27,946 nt of DNA from Anaerolineales bacterium (GCA_030673085.1 DAOVFE010000001.1:1-27946), one strand, 5' to 3'; shown: positions 1 to 10,272, counted from the first letter of the stretch. The notes: a model not told the origin generated them from the letters alone. Numbers and translations: made by a program.

Positions 1-525
1 CACGCCCATGAAATCAGCCTCTACTCCGATAGGCATCTGTATTGCAATTGGATTCGCCGCCAAACGATCGCGGATCATTGCTATTGAGTGATTGAAAGAT
101 GCTCCGACTCGATCCATCTTATTAATGAAGCAGATTCGGGGCACATTGTATCGATTCGCTTGACGCCAGACTGTTTCAGACTGTGGTTCAACTCCCTGAA
201 CGGCATCAAATACGACTACACCACCATCCAGAACCCTTAATGAACGCTGAACCTCAGCAGTGAAATCAATGTGACCAGGTGTATCGATGATGTTAATAAC
301 ATGATCGTGCCACATCGCAGTTACTGCGGCTGATACAATCGTGATCCCTCGCTCGCGCTCCTGAGCCATCCAGTCGGTGACAGTAGTTCCATCATCTACC
401 GAGCCAAGGCGATGCGTCCGACCGGTATAGAAGAGTACCCGCTCAGTCGTGGTAGTCTTACCAGCATCAATATGAGCAATAATTCCAATATTGCGATAGC
501 GCTCAAGCGGATATTCACGAGCCAT
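1..525 (-). CDS. fusA: Elongation factor G, N-terminal 175 codons (runs off the window)
   Basis: Manual translation from ATG at 525: [35 protein letters not shown]...ERERGITI...[21 protein letters not shown]...NKMDR (GTPase G1-G4 motifs). Follows rpsG as in the str operon. Confidence 0.98.
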   Translation of the reverse strand, partial: MAREYPLERYRNIGIIAHIDAGKTTTTERVLFYTGRTHRLGSVDDGTTVTDWMAQERERGITIVSAAVTAMWHDHVINIIDTPGHIDFTAEVQRSLRVLDGGVVVFDAVQGVEPQSETVWRQANRYNVPRICFINKMDRVGASFNHSIAMIRDRLAANPIAIQMPIGVEADFMGV

Positions 526-567
526 TATGATCCTTAACCAACTGAAAATTTCAATCCGTCAATGGAA

Positions 568-1035
568 TTACAATCGATAATTAGCAAATGCACGGTTCGC
601 CTCAGCCATCCGGTGGGTTTCTTCCCGCTTCTTTATCGCTGCACCGGTTTTCTTGGCAGCATCCATAATTTCCATTGCCAGCTTTTCAGACATCGACTTG
701 CCAGGGCGGGAATGCGCCGCCTGTAGAATCCAGCGCATAGCTAGCGTCATCCGTCGATTCGACGTGACCTCAACCGGCACCTGATAGGTTGCGCCGCCAA
801 TTCGCCGGGGCTTAACTTCTAAAGCCGGCCCTACATTCCCAATAGCCTGCTCAAAGGTCTCCAGCGGGTCATGCTTAACCCGCGATTCAACCATATCGAG
901 AGCGGTATAGACAATCCGCGCGGCTGTGCTCTTCTTACCGTTTTTCAATAAACGGTTGATGAAGTGCTGTAATAATACGCTGTTATATTTCACGTCCGGT
1001 GAAACTTTTCGCCTTTCAGGCTTGGTACGTCGCAT
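568..1035 (-). CDS. rpsG: 30S ribosomal protein S7
   Basis: Contains PALEVKPRRIGGATYQVPVEV and HRMAEANRAFA; lies between rpsL and fusA. Confidence 0.99.
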   Translation of the reverse strand: MRRTKPERRKVSPDVKYNSVLLQHFINRLLKNGKKSTAARIVYTALDMVESRVKHDPLETFEQAIGNVGPALEVKPRRIGGATYQVPVEVTSNRRMTLAMRWILQAAHSRPGKSMSEKLAMEIMDAAKKTGAAIKKREETHRMAEANRAFANYRL

Positions 1036-1100
1036 CTGCCTGCTCCATCACTTCAAATAATATCGGCCGCTATATTTGCTGCAGCCGATTAACTAGCGAT

Positions 1101-1520
1101 CTACTCTTTCGGCCGCTTCCCACCGTACTTCGAGCGGCCTTGCTTGCGTCCCTCGACACCCATAGTATCCAGCGTCCCTCGAATGATATGATAGCGCACG
1201 CCAGGCAAGTCCTTCACACGTCCGCCGCGAATCAATACAACCGAGTGCTCCTGAAGAGTATGCCCTTCGCCTGGAATATAGGCTGTAACCTCGATGCCAT
1301 TCGTCAGTCGAACCCGAGCGACTTTCCGCAGTGCGGAATTCGGCTTCTTAGGAGTCTGTGTGCGAACCTGGGTGCATACGCCCCTTTTTTGCGGCGCACC
1401 CTTAGGTTGCCGAAGCCGCCTTTGCTTCTGTGAATTGAAGATGTACTGCAGCGCCGGCGCTTTGGTTTTCGAGCGTTTGACCTTACGGCCTTTTCTTGCC
1501 AATTGATTAATTGTCGGCAC
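1101..1520 (-). CDS. rpsL: 30S ribosomal protein S12 (long form with insertion)
   Basis: PTINQL...[20 protein letters not shown]...[15 protein letters not shown]. The real start is probably GTG at 1520, with GAGGAG Shine-Dalgarno at 1525-1530, not the ORF-track ATG at 1616. Confidence 0.98.
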   Translation of the reverse strand: MPTINQLARKGRKVKRSKTKAPALQYIFNSQKQRRLRQPKGAPQKRGVCTQVRTQTPKKPNSALRKVARVRLTNGIEVTAYIPGEGHTLQEHSVVLIRGGRVKDLPGVRYHIIRGTLDTMGVEGRKQGRSKYGGKRPKE

Positions 1521-1679
1521 GCTACTCCTCCACATAAATCTGGGGCCTAGGCCCCAGTCTCCACCCCACAAGGAAGGCCACCGATTGTTCACGATGGCCT
1601 CCATGATGGACATCACTATTCAGTTCGGGCAGGCTTATTTTCTACTCCTGCCCATCCTAGATTCGGGCAATGGAACGAA

Positions 1680-1708
1680 ATTTTACCATGCACACTCATG
1701 ACCGTCAA
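1680..1708 (-). promoter_or_regulatory. Sigma70-type promoter for the rpsL-rpsG-fusA operon
   Basis: Minus strand reads TTGACG-N17-TAAAAT, with a TG extended -10 motif. Confidence 0.75.
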
Positions 1709-1768
1709 GGAAAGAAGTATTCTTATCTAGATCCTGCTCTCCTTGAGCATTGTGTTATGCCTGCCTTT

Positions 1769-4700
1769 CTAATAATTAGGCAGTTTCATATCGAGCAACC
1801 CTAAACCCAGTCGCGGCTTTTTCATGCGCTCATCTTCTCTGCCAAAGCGGATAATTTCGCCATCCGCATTAACAGCTTCCACATCAAGCCCCAGACTCTG
1901 CAACTCTTTAATTAACACGCGGAATGAAGCCGGAACGCCGGGCTCTTCAATTCGATCGCCCTTAACCACCGCCTCATAAGTCTTGACGCGCCCTTGCACA
2001 TCATCAGATTTGATTGTGAGCATCTCCTGTAAAGTATGAGCCGCACCATACGCTTCAAGTGCCCACACTTCCATTTCGCCAAAGCGCTGCCCGCCAAATT
2101 GTGCCTTGCCGCCTAGCGGCTGTTGAGTAACCAATGAATATGGACCTGTCGAACGGGCATGAACCTTATCCTCAACTAAGTGATGCAGCTTCATCATCTC
2201 AACCATGCCTACCATAACCGGTTGATCATACGGCTTGCCTGTTTTTCCGTCAAATAAGATTTGCTTCCCGACAATCGGCATCGGCCGTCCGGTCTTAGAC
2301 ATGATCTTCATCGCTAACGCCCGCAGTTTATCGGTCTCTATATCGGGATCGAATTTCGAACCCATCTTACTAATCCATATCCGAAGACAGCTATCTATCG
2401 CTGCTTTATCATGCTCCTCTCTCTCAGAGATCGGCATCTTATTATCCGTAAAGATTATAATCTTATCGGGATCGAAGCCTTGCTTAACCAACCATTCACG
2501 AAGCGCTGAACGGCGAGCATATATAGGGTCAGTTTTCAGGCGGTCAAAGTCATACTCGTTTTTATTAAGCCAGTTCTGTAGATAAAGCCGCCGGACTTCA
2601 TCGTCATTTTCAAAACCATCTTCTTCATAATAGCCGGATTCCTTGATCCATGCCCATGCCCATTGGCCGATTTCCTTCCACGCAGTATCAATCATCCAGG
2701 CCCGGGCTAGCTCAGCCTCAATCTCCGGCTCATCTGCGCCGTCAAACACGGGTGTGATGGCTCGGAAACCAAGACGGTCGGCGGCCCATCCAAGGTGGGC
2801 CTCCAGGATTTGTCCGATATTCATACGACCAGGAACACCCAACGGGTTGAGGATCAAATCGATCGGTCTGCCATCTTCAAGGAACGGCATGTCCTCTATA
2901 GGGACGACTTTGGAGATTACACCCTTATTCCCGTGACGTCCAGCCATCTTATCGCCTTCGGTTGCCTTCCTTTTCTGGGCTACCGCAACACGCACCATCT
3001 TGTCCACACCCGCTGGCAGATCACGGTGCTCTTCACGAGTAAAGACCTTCACGTCAACTACTTTCCCCCGTTCACCATGGGGCATCCGCAGCGATGTATC
3101 TTTCACTTCACGCGCTTTTTCACCAAAAATAGCCCGCAAGAGCTTTTCTTCCGGCGTAAGTTCCTTCTCTCCCTTTGGAGTTATCTTTCCAACCAAGATG
3201 TCATTCGGCCCAACTTCCGCCCCAACCCGAATGATTCCATCCTCATTCAAATCACGTAGCGCATCTTCACCAACATTGGGGATGTCGCATGTGATCTCTT
3301 CTGGACCGAGTTTTGTGTCGCGCGCTTCAACCTCATGCTTCTCAATATGTACCGAGGTGAATAGATCTTCCTGTACCAAGCGCTCAGAGATCAGAATGGC
3401 ATCCTCATAATTGCCGCCTTCCCACGAAAGGAAAGCGCAAAGAACATTTTGCCCTAGAGCCAGTTCGCCATTTTCAGTGGATGAGGAGTCGGCAATGACA
3501 TCACCAACCCGAATTCGTTGTCCTTTAAAAACCGCTGGCCGCTGGTCAATGCAAGTGCTCTGATTCGAGCGATTGTACTTTCGCAGCCTATAAACTCGGT
3601 TGCCTTCGCTGGAACACACAACAACTCGTTGACCAGTTACAGATTCCACTTCACCTTCAACATCGGCGATAATAACCTGCCCCGAATCGATTGCGGCCGG
3701 TTTCTCCATTCCAGTAGACACAATCGGCACTTGAGGCCGAATAAGCGGCACTGCCTGGGTTTGCATATTCGAGCCCATCAAGGCGCGGTTAGCATCATTG
3801 TGCTCCAGGAAAGGTATCAAAGATGCGCTCACTCCAACGATCTGCCTTGGGGCTACGTCCATAAATTCAATTTCCCCTGGACGAGCGAATTGAAACTCTC
3901 CTCGATACCTGCATGAGACATTCGGCCGCATATATTCGGAAGACGCGCTTAGCGGCGCATTCGCCTGTGCAACTCGGTGACGATCTTCAATGTCTGCTGT
4001 CAGGTAATTAATTTCATTCGAGACATAGGCGACGACTGGAATTGGTCCATCAAGCTTGGCGAGCTGTTTGGCTAGCTTAGGTGTGATTTCGGCGCCGTCT
4101 TGCGCCAGTGCCTTACTCCCTTTTGGATTCTTAACGTCGCCGCGAAGATGACGTCCAATTAAATTAGGGTCACCGGGCTCCATCTCATGCATCACTACGC
4201 GGTATGGCGTCTCGATAAATCCATAGGGATTTACCCTGGCATAGGATGCCAGACGGCCGATCAAACCGATATTGGGTCCCTCAGGCGTTTCAATTGGACA
4301 GATTCGCCCATAGTGGGAGTGGTGTACATCTCGCACGTCAAAGCCTGCCCGTTCGCGTCGGAGGCCGCCCGGACCGAGCGCAGATAATGTCCTCTTGTGA
4401 CGTAATTCTGCCAACGGATTCGTCTGATCCATGAATTGAGATAGTTGGCTTGAGCCAAAAAATTCACGGATAGATGCTACTACGGGTCTGATATTAATCA
4501 GCGACACAGGAACTAGTTTATCTTGTTCTCCGATTGACATTCGCTCCAGAATTACTCGTTCCATTCGCCGCAAGCCAACCCGCATCTTTGCCTGGATGAG
4601 TTCACCAACCGTCTTCACCCGGCGATTGCCGAGGTGATCAATATCATCAGGCCCTTCTTCCTGATTATTGATTAAAATCAATCGCTCAATAAGACGGATG

Positions 4701-5680
4701 ATATCCCAACTTGTCACCGTCCGGTGATCAAGAGGAACAATATCATTTAAATCCAGCTTCCGGTTGAGCTTATAGCGTCCAACACGCTCAAGGTTATAGC
4801 GTCTCTGATCGAAAAGCTGGTCGAAAACATAACTGCGAGCATTATCAAACGTCGGCGGATCGCCAGGGCGCATACGCCTATAGAACTCAAGCAGCGCTTC
4901 ATCCGCGATCGTATGCCCATCTTTAATTTCCCAGGTTGGCTCCTGTTGGATCGTCGCCTGAATATAGGGATGATCGGGATTATTATCTGCCTCTTTAAAA
5001 AGCTCAAGTAACTCGTCGTCTGTTCCTTCCTTTATCGGCGAGCTGCCGAGGCCATCATCAATAGCTGCCAAAGCGCGCAGCATTATTGTTATTGGCACAG
5101 TCCGTTTGCGATTGAATTTGAGAGTTAAATAATCACTTTTGCGGGTTTCAAACTCCATCCAGGCTCCGCGGTCTGGAATAAGCTTGGCAGATGCTAACTT
5201 GCGGCCCGAGGCTCGGTCTTCACTCGTTTCGAAATAGACTCCCGGGGAACGAATCAGCTGCGATACCACTACCCTCTCAGTACCATTAATGATGAATGTC
5301 CCCTTCTCAGTCATCATGGGGAAATCACCAATAAAGATATCTTGTTTAATCGGTTCGGGAATACCGGCCCCAACAAGCAATACCGACACATTCAAGGGAA
5401 CCGAATACGTCAGATCACGCTCAACGCATTCATCTAGATCATGCTTTGGTTCGCCGAACCAATAACGTAAATCAAACTCATCACTCTCAGGCGTTTTGCT
5501 TGGGAAGAAGAGTTTCATATTATGGCTATAGGATTCGATCGGCGTTATTTCATTGAAAAGCTCCGCTATCCCCTCATTCTTTAGCCAATCAAAGGAAGTC
5601 AATTGAACTTGAATCATCCTTGGAAGAGGAAATAAATCCGGAATCCTAGAATACCATTTCTTATCTACATATGACGCCAT
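1769..5680 (-). CDS. rpoB: RNA polymerase beta subunit (about 1303 aa)
   Basis: Contains [39 protein letters not shown] and [19 protein letters not shown]. Likely start is ATG at 5680 (MASYVDKK) preceded by AGGAG. Confidence 0.99.
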   Translation of the reverse strand: MASYVDKKWYSRIPDLFPLPRMIQVQLTSFDWLKNEGIAELFNEITPIESYSHNMKLFFPSKTPESDEFDLRYWFGEPKHDLDECVERDLTYSVPLNVSVLLVGAGIPEPIKQDIFIGDFPMMTEKGTFIINGTERVVVSQLIRSPGVYFETSEDRASGRKLASAKLIPDRGAWMEFETRKSDYLTLKFNRKRTVPITIMLRALAAIDDGLGSSPIKEGTDDELLELFKEADNNPDHPYIQATIQQEPTWEIKDGHTIADEALLEFYRRMRPGDPPTFDNARSYVFDQLFDQRRYNLERVGRYKLNRKLDLNDIVPLDHRTVTSWDIIRLIERLILINNQEEGPDDIDHLGNRRVKTVGELIQAKMRVGLRRMERVILERMSIGEQDKLVPVSLINIRPVVASIREFFGSSQLSQFMDQTNPLAELRHKRTLSALGPGGLRRERAGFDVRDVHHSHYGRICPIETPEGPNIGLIGRLASYARVNPYGFIETPYRVVMHEMEPGDPNLIGRHLRGDVKNPKGSKALAQDGAEITPKLAKQLAKLDGPIPVVAYVSNEINYLTADIEDRHRVAQANAPLSASSEYMRPNVSCRYRGEFQFARPGEIEFMDVAPRQIVGVSASLIPFLEHNDANRALMGSNMQTQAVPLIRPQVPIVSTGMEKPAAIDSGQVIIADVEGEVESVTGQRVVVCSSEGNRVYRLRKYNRSNQSTCIDQRPAVFKGQRIRVGDVIADSSSTENGELALGQNVLCAFLSWEGGNYEDAILISERLVQEDLFTSVHIEKHEVEARDTKLGPEEITCDIPNVGEDALRDLNEDGIIRVGAEVGPNDILVGKITPKGEKELTPEEKLLRAIFGEKAREVKDTSLRMPHGERGKVVDVKVFTREEHRDLPAGVDKMVRVAVAQKRKATEGDKMAGRHGNKGVISKVVPIEDMPFLEDGRPIDLILNPLGVPGRMNIGQILEAHLGWAADRLGFRAITPVFDGADEPEIEAELARAWMIDTAWKEIGQWAWAWIKESGYYEEDGFENDDEVRRLYLQNWLNKNEYDFDRLKTDPIYARRSALREWLVKQGFDPDKIIIFTDNKMPISEREEHDKAAIDSCLRIWISKMGSKFDPDIETDKLRALAMKIMSKTGRPMPIVGKQILFDGKTGKPYDQPVMVGMVEMMKLHHLVEDKVHARSTGPYSLVTQQPLGGKAQFGGQRFGEMEVWALEAYGAAHTLQEMLTIKSDDVQGRVKTYEAVVKGDRIEEPGVPASFRVLIKELQSLGLDVEAVNADGEIIRFGREDERMKKPRLGLGLLDMKLPNY

Positions 5681-5998
5681 GCGGCCACTCCTATTTGTAG
5701 AATTGCAAATAAGGCGTTCGGCGTGCACCAAAATACCGAAAAGCGCCGGCTTTTGGCCAGCTATCTGGTAAATTTGACAATTTATTCAGGCCGAAGAGAC
5801 TATTTGAATATTGCGTCAATTTTATTGTATGCCTGTACTATCACTATGCACTTGTAGTCTAATAGATACTCTATGAACGATAATCCTAGCCTGCACATGC
5901 AGGCAAACACCAACCTCGCCGAGCTTTCTCTGGCCAAACAAGCTCGGCGCGATCGATATGGAGTTCAATCTGTATTTATATATAGATTGCAAATGATT

Positions 5999-6007
5999 AT
6001 TATAACA
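5999..6007 (-). promoter_or_regulatory. Candidate extended -10 promoter upstream of rpoB
   Basis: Minus strand TGTTATAAT about 320 nt upstream of the rpoB start; no good -35 element. Confidence 0.35.
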
Positions 6008-6500
6008 TGGTTTCTACATTAATTACGCAGAATATTGAAAAATATTTGAAAATAAGATGATAGATATAGAGTGGAAGCAGAACTTACACCCCATATCTAC
6101 CACGCTTTCTTACAGGCAAGTATGTTCTTCAAAACCCTCGGATGAGGTATCCGATGCTGCATAAACATTTGTTTCCGCCATTGGCATATCGAAGCAGACT
6201 CCCGCTGGGGGGCCTAAAACTCCGAAAGATCATCACACGCTCCCTCAAGCCGATAACTTGCACTTTCGTCAATCCATCTTAGCCTAAATGGTCCAACGTT
6301 CGCTGCTTGAGCAACTCCCGGATCAAAGCCCAACCTTCTATCTGCTACTACCCCTCCAAAGGAACAGCCATATCCTCATGCAATATGGAGAATATTCTGG
6401 CATTAATGCTTGGACGTTCAATCGCAGAAATATCACCTTACGGAATAAGCATGCACATATCCGTACCCGGCTTTGATCGGCAAGTTGCAGCCAGCAATTA

Positions 6501-6626
6501 GTGAAGAACCCCGCAGCAAGCTGCGGGGCATCTTCTAAGGAAAAAGCCAATATGGGGGCAGCAGCCCCCAAACCCCCGCTTGCCATTCATCCCCACAGCA
6601 AGCTGCGGGGTATTCTGGCTTTTTCC
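6501..6626. repeat. Palindromic miniature element with two CCCC(G/A)CAGC-AA-GCTGCGGGG hairpins
   Basis: Hairpins at 6509-6528 and 6591-6610, internal GGGGGCAGCAGCCCCC hairpin, and an inverted pair GGAAAAAGCCA / TGGCTTTTTCC. A related shorter copy lies at 27647-27690. Confidence 0.7.
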
Positions 6627-6743
6627 AATAAAGCAAGACAAAATGCTAAAAACACTGAACATTTTAAAAGGATTTATCGAGTCGCATCGTTGCCTCCTAA
6701 ATTTGCTGGGCTGCGTTTTTAGAAAGACTGGGATAGGTTATAT

Positions 6744-7331
6744 TCATTTAACTCTATCTTTATTAGATGCCACTATTTCAGCTATAAAGTCCTCTAATTC
6801 AATCCGGGTTTTAGATAAGTCGATAATTCGATCAATTTTCCAACGATTCCGAGCAAAATGCACCAATCCTGGCCGAATAACCACAATAGCCTGCCGGAAA
6901 CAGTTTTCATCAAGCAATTTAAAACCGGCTATGAATCCTTGGCCCCTTTGGAATTCAAGCAAGCCAAGTTCATCAATAAAGATGAGATCGTATGAACCTG
7001 AAGTGCTCAATACTTCATTGCCCCAGGCAACAACCGCTGGGTCAAATACCCATCGCTGGGTCGCTAATTCTAAAGTGTCTCCATCCAATAAAAGATCCCG
7101 TTCAGTGGCTAGCCGGCGGCGATTACCTTCGTCAAGATTGATTAGGTCAATGCCTATCTTGCGCCCGTCCTTAAAAACCGGCGGCGATAAGATGCCACCG
7201 ACTATAAGACCCTTTTCCCTCGCCAGCTCAGCAAGCTGCATACACCAGGTCGTTTTTCCAATGCCTATTGGGCCGGTAACCACCCAAAAAAGGTGGCGGT
7301 TATCAGTTATCGCTTTTTCATCCTTTTTCAT
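6744..7331 (-). CDS. P-loop nucleoside-triphosphatase, THEP1/NTPase_1 (DUF2478-like) family
   Basis: Walker A TGPIGIGKTT, GGILSPPVF...KIGIDL motif, Walker B LIFIDELG. Confidence 0.8.
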   Translation of the reverse strand: MKKDEKAITDNRHLFWVVTGPIGIGKTTWCMQLAELAREKGLIVGGILSPPVFKDGRKIGIDLINLDEGNRRRLATERDLLLDGDTLELATQRWVFDPAVVAWGNEVLSTSGSYDLIFIDELGLLEFQRGQGFIAGFKLLDENCFRQAIVVIRPGLVHFARNRWKIDRIIDLSKTRIELEDFIAEIVASNKDRVK

Positions 7332-7347
7332 GTCAAATTACCCGGTG

Positions 7348-7421
7348 GAGAGTGTTGAAAAACATATTTGCCCATAAAAGAGTGCGGTATATATAAGCAA
7401 AGTATAATTTTCAATATCCTC
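7348..7421. repeat. Miniature inverted-repeat element, copy A
   Basis: GAGAGTGTTGAAAAA (7348-7362) ... TTTTCAATATCCTC (7408-7421), 11/14 inverted match. The left end is the exact reverse complement of 23691-23705. Confidence 0.55.
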
Positions 7422-7456
7422 CGCGATGATTATTTTTGGTTTAAGTAATGCGGATA

Positions 7457-9907
7457 TCATCCCTCGGGGTTACTATACAGATCATTATAGATAGCAAAAG
7501 CCTCATAGATCGTTTGAACATAGAGATATGGCTGGTCCATGCGAATTACTTCCAGAAATAGATCGGGGTCATCTGGAGCCAATTCTTTCCAAACCAATGC
7601 ATTACCGGGACCGGCATTATACGCCGCTAAGGCAGCGAATAGATCTCCATCAAAGAGGTCCCGCTGTTGTGCAAGGTAGAATGACCCAAAACGCACACTA
7701 ACTACCGGACGATAAAGGTCATCCGTGGTATATCCGGGTGGCCAACCCAATTTGCTTGCGATCTCCTGTCCTGTACTCGGGATAACTTGCATTAAGCCCC
7801 GTGCAGCCGCATATGATGTCGCAAATCCCTCAAAAAGGCTTTCTTGTCTGACAAGGGAAAGCAGGAAAAGCCCATCCAAATTATAACTAACCGCCTCAGG
7901 CAAGATTAGCTCGCCGAAATAAGGACTGAATCGAATGCGGTTAAAGTAGATTGGCGCTGACATTGTGGCTGCATCATCCATACCAGCCAGAGATAAAATC
8001 TGCCGGCTGGCGAGAATCGCTGACCGGTATAGACCCACATCCAGTAGTTTATGCATAAGGCGATAAGTCGCCTCAGGATCATTTTCAACTTCCTTGCGGA
8101 CAGCTTCAAACTCGGCTCTCGCTTCATTATTAAGGCCAAGCTGCCAAAATTCATCGCCGCGGATGATCCTTTCGTCATTCGCAAGAACCAGATCAAGTTC
8201 GAAAAGCGGCTCTGGGCCAGTGATCACGAATAAACTCCGCATCCAGGCCTCGGCTTCGCTGCGCTCTCTTTCTATATCAGATGAAAAATCAAACAAGCCT
8301 AAAGGCTGAAACGGCTCCCGGTCTGCCAGCAGATCAGCTGCTCGCACGGAGTAGTATCCGGTTGGATCGGCTTTTTCGGCAGTTTCCCAGGCTGCAATAG
8401 CCATATCGCGATTGCCCTCTACTGCGTAAGTCTTGCCAATCCATAAATTCGCCTTGGCGCGCTGACCGGAGCTCAAAGCAAGCGTAAGCGCCATATCAAA
8501 TGTTTCCCTGGCGGCGGTGTAATCTTGTATACGGTAGCGTACGATCCCGGTCTCAAAAGAACCGTGATATGCAAGCGGATCATCCGAATATTCGGTTGGT
8601 ATACGAGCCCAGATTTCTCCTGCCTGAGCCAGATCGCCGGTTATCTCCGCTATCCTACCAGCTTTATATAGAGCATCGGCGCCTAAATGCTGCTCGGGAA
8701 AAGATTGCGCCAGGAAAAGATAGGTATCAATCGCAGCCGCATGTTGATCAAGATAAACCCATTCGGTGCGCGCCTTTTCCAACAGAGCGTTCGCCCACTG
8801 AGCATCATAAGGGTAAACATTAATGACCTGCTCAAAATCAGAAAGCGCTCCAATAGCATCTCCTAGCTTGCGGCGCGTGAGACCCCGATAATAGAAAGCC
8901 GTTCCTGTTGGCGACGCCGTCAGATAGCGGTTGAACGCCGCCAGCGCCGGTTCATAGGCGCCGGATGAATAATCGATATATCCCCGTAGGAATTCATCCA
9001 CTGGAACACCGACATCTACCAGCCGGATCAAGCCGATGTAGGTATCGTAGGCTTCCGGATACTGCTCAACCGATTCCAGATAGCGCGCATAGGCATCATC
9101 GAAATTACCCATACTTTCCAATATCTGGCCCGCAATGAGGTTCATACTCGCCTTAGTCACTCCGTCTGGCGCTTGCTGCTTAACACCATCAAATGTCTCC
9201 AGCGCGGTCGATAAATCGCCAGCCTCAAAATATGCGTGGCCGATCTTAATTTGCAACATGAGAGTGCCGCTCAATCGCGGATTAGTGGCTGCATCCTGAT
9301 AGCGATCGATCGCATCCATTGGACGTCCCAGCTCACGCAATAGATCTCCCATTCGCTCATAAACAAAGGAATCGATTCTCCCCGACCGTTGCACCAAATA
9401 TTGGTCATAATCTGCAAGAGCGCCGTCCAATTCTCCAATGGCTTGCCTGGCCATTCCACGCAAGAAATAAGCTTGACCAATCCGATCATGCTCAGGAAAG
9501 TCACTAAGATATGTGTCCAAAGCCTGGATCGCTTCCGTATAACGCTCCAACTGGAGCAGCACAGTTCCAATACCGATTTGCGCGTCACCTTTGACTCCTG
9601 GATCGGATGCTTCAGCCAACGCTGCCTGGTAGGCATCTAGAGCGGCAGTCCAATCCCCATCGCAAAGCGCTATATCACCAGCGTCCAAATAAACAGTCGG
9701 AACCGGCGTCGGAGTAGCCGTAGGGGTTGCAGTTGGACTTGGCGTAAATGTCGGCTGTAAAGTCGCAGTAGGTTGTGGATTGATCCCTGGAACGCTGGAA
9801 AAACTACAAGCTAAAGTAAGAAATAGCGTAGTGATAAAAGGAGCAATCCGGCAAATAGATACCGGGTACATGATCGTCATCATAAAAGAGGTATGCACCG
9901 ATGTCAA
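7457..9907 (-). CDS. TPR-repeat lipoprotein with a C-terminal soluble lytic transglycosylase (SLT) domain
   Basis: Hydrophobic signal ending in a LACS lipobox, P/T-rich linker and many TPR-like helical repeats. SLT motifs RQES (catalytic Glu), GLMQVIP and AAYNAG are present. The start may be the ATG at 9871. Confidence 0.88.
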   Translation of the reverse strand: MTSVHTSFMMTIMYPVSICRIAPFITTLFLTLACSFSSVPGINPQPTATLQPTFTPSPTATPTATPTPVPTVYLDAGDIALCDGDWTAALDAYQAALAEASDPGVKGDAQIGIGTVLLQLERYTEAIQALDTYLSDFPEHDRIGQAYFLRGMARQAIGELDGALADYDQYLVQRSGRIDSFVYERMGDLLRELGRPMDAIDRYQDAATNPRLSGTLMLQIKIGHAYFEAGDLSTALETFDGVKQQAPDGVTKASMNLIAGQILESMGNFDDAYARYLESVEQYPEAYDTYIGLIRLVDVGVPVDEFLRGYIDYSSGAYEPALAAFNRYLTASPTGTAFYYRGLTRRKLGDAIGALSDFEQVINVYPYDAQWANALLEKARTEWVYLDQHAAAIDTYLFLAQSFPEQHLGADALYKAGRIAEITGDLAQAGEIWARIPTEYSDDPLAYHGSFETGIVRYRIQDYTAARETFDMALTLALSSGQRAKANLWIGKTYAVEGNRDMAIAAWETAEKADPTGYYSVRAADLLADREPFQPLGLFDFSSDIERERSEAEAWMRSLFVITGPEPLFELDLVLANDERIIRGDEFWQLGLNNEARAEFEAVRKEVENDPEATYRLMHKLLDVGLYRSAILASRQILSLAGMDDAATMSAPIYFNRIRFSPYFGELILPEAVSYNLDGLFLLSLVRQESLFEGFATSYAAARGLMQVIPSTGQEIASKLGWPPGYTTDDLYRPVVSVRFGSFYLAQQRDLFDGDLFAALAAYNAGPGNALVWKELAPDDPDLFLEVIRMDQPYLYVQTIYEAFAIYNDLYSNPEG

Positions 9908-10189
9908 ATCGAATTGGGCAGTTTGCCATTATGTTGCTGCCATTCACCAACCCATCTTTAGATGCAGAAGGGCTCCAAGCAATTCAAATTACGATGAAGG
10001 GCCGACGATGAAGGTCATACCAAGAAAACGCACCTTCCACGCAATATGGGGGATTATGCCTGCAGCTTTCCATTGAAAGATATTATGGCTGGACTATTGA
10101 GGGGTTGCATTGATATTAGGCCGGTATAACATGAAGCATTTCATCAGTACTGTGCTATCGTCTTGCTGTCGTTATGTTAGGCCGTATGC

Positions 10190-10218
10190 TTGCATCAAAT
10201 GACTCTCCATGTTAAACT
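10190..10218 (+). promoter_or_regulatory. Candidate sigma70 promoter of the mtnA operon
   Basis: TTGCAT (10190-10195), N17, TAAACT (10213-10218), with TG at 10210-10211. Confidence 0.5.
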
Positions 10219-10236
10219 TTCATAGCTCTGCAATAT

Positions 10237-10261
10237 GCGCTCTCCATGAGAGCGCCTTTTT
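10237..10261 (+). terminator. Terminator-like hairpin in the mtnA leader
   Basis: GCGCTCTC-CAT-GAGAGCGC, a perfect 8-bp stem, followed by CTTTTT. Confidence 0.45.
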
Positions 10262-10272
10262 GTGTGATGAAG

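Noticed and set aside
1521-1616. N-terminal extension of S12 (and a similar one for RpoB at 5681-5731)
   Set aside because: These are artefacts of longest-ORF calling; Shine-Dalgarno sites and homology support the downstream starts.
6290-6345. RNase P RNA-like fragment (GCTGCTTGAG)
   Set aside because: The other universal RNase P elements (GAGGAAAGTCC, ACAGAA...CGGCTTA) are absent.
6580-7377. 265-aa plus-strand ORF
   Set aside because: It is the antisense shadow of the NTPase gene, starts inside a repeat element and has no recognisable motifs.
9908-10272. Canonical SAM-I or SAH riboswitch upstream of mtnA
   Set aside because: The conserved core sequences of these families were not found by eye; only the short hairpin is reported.
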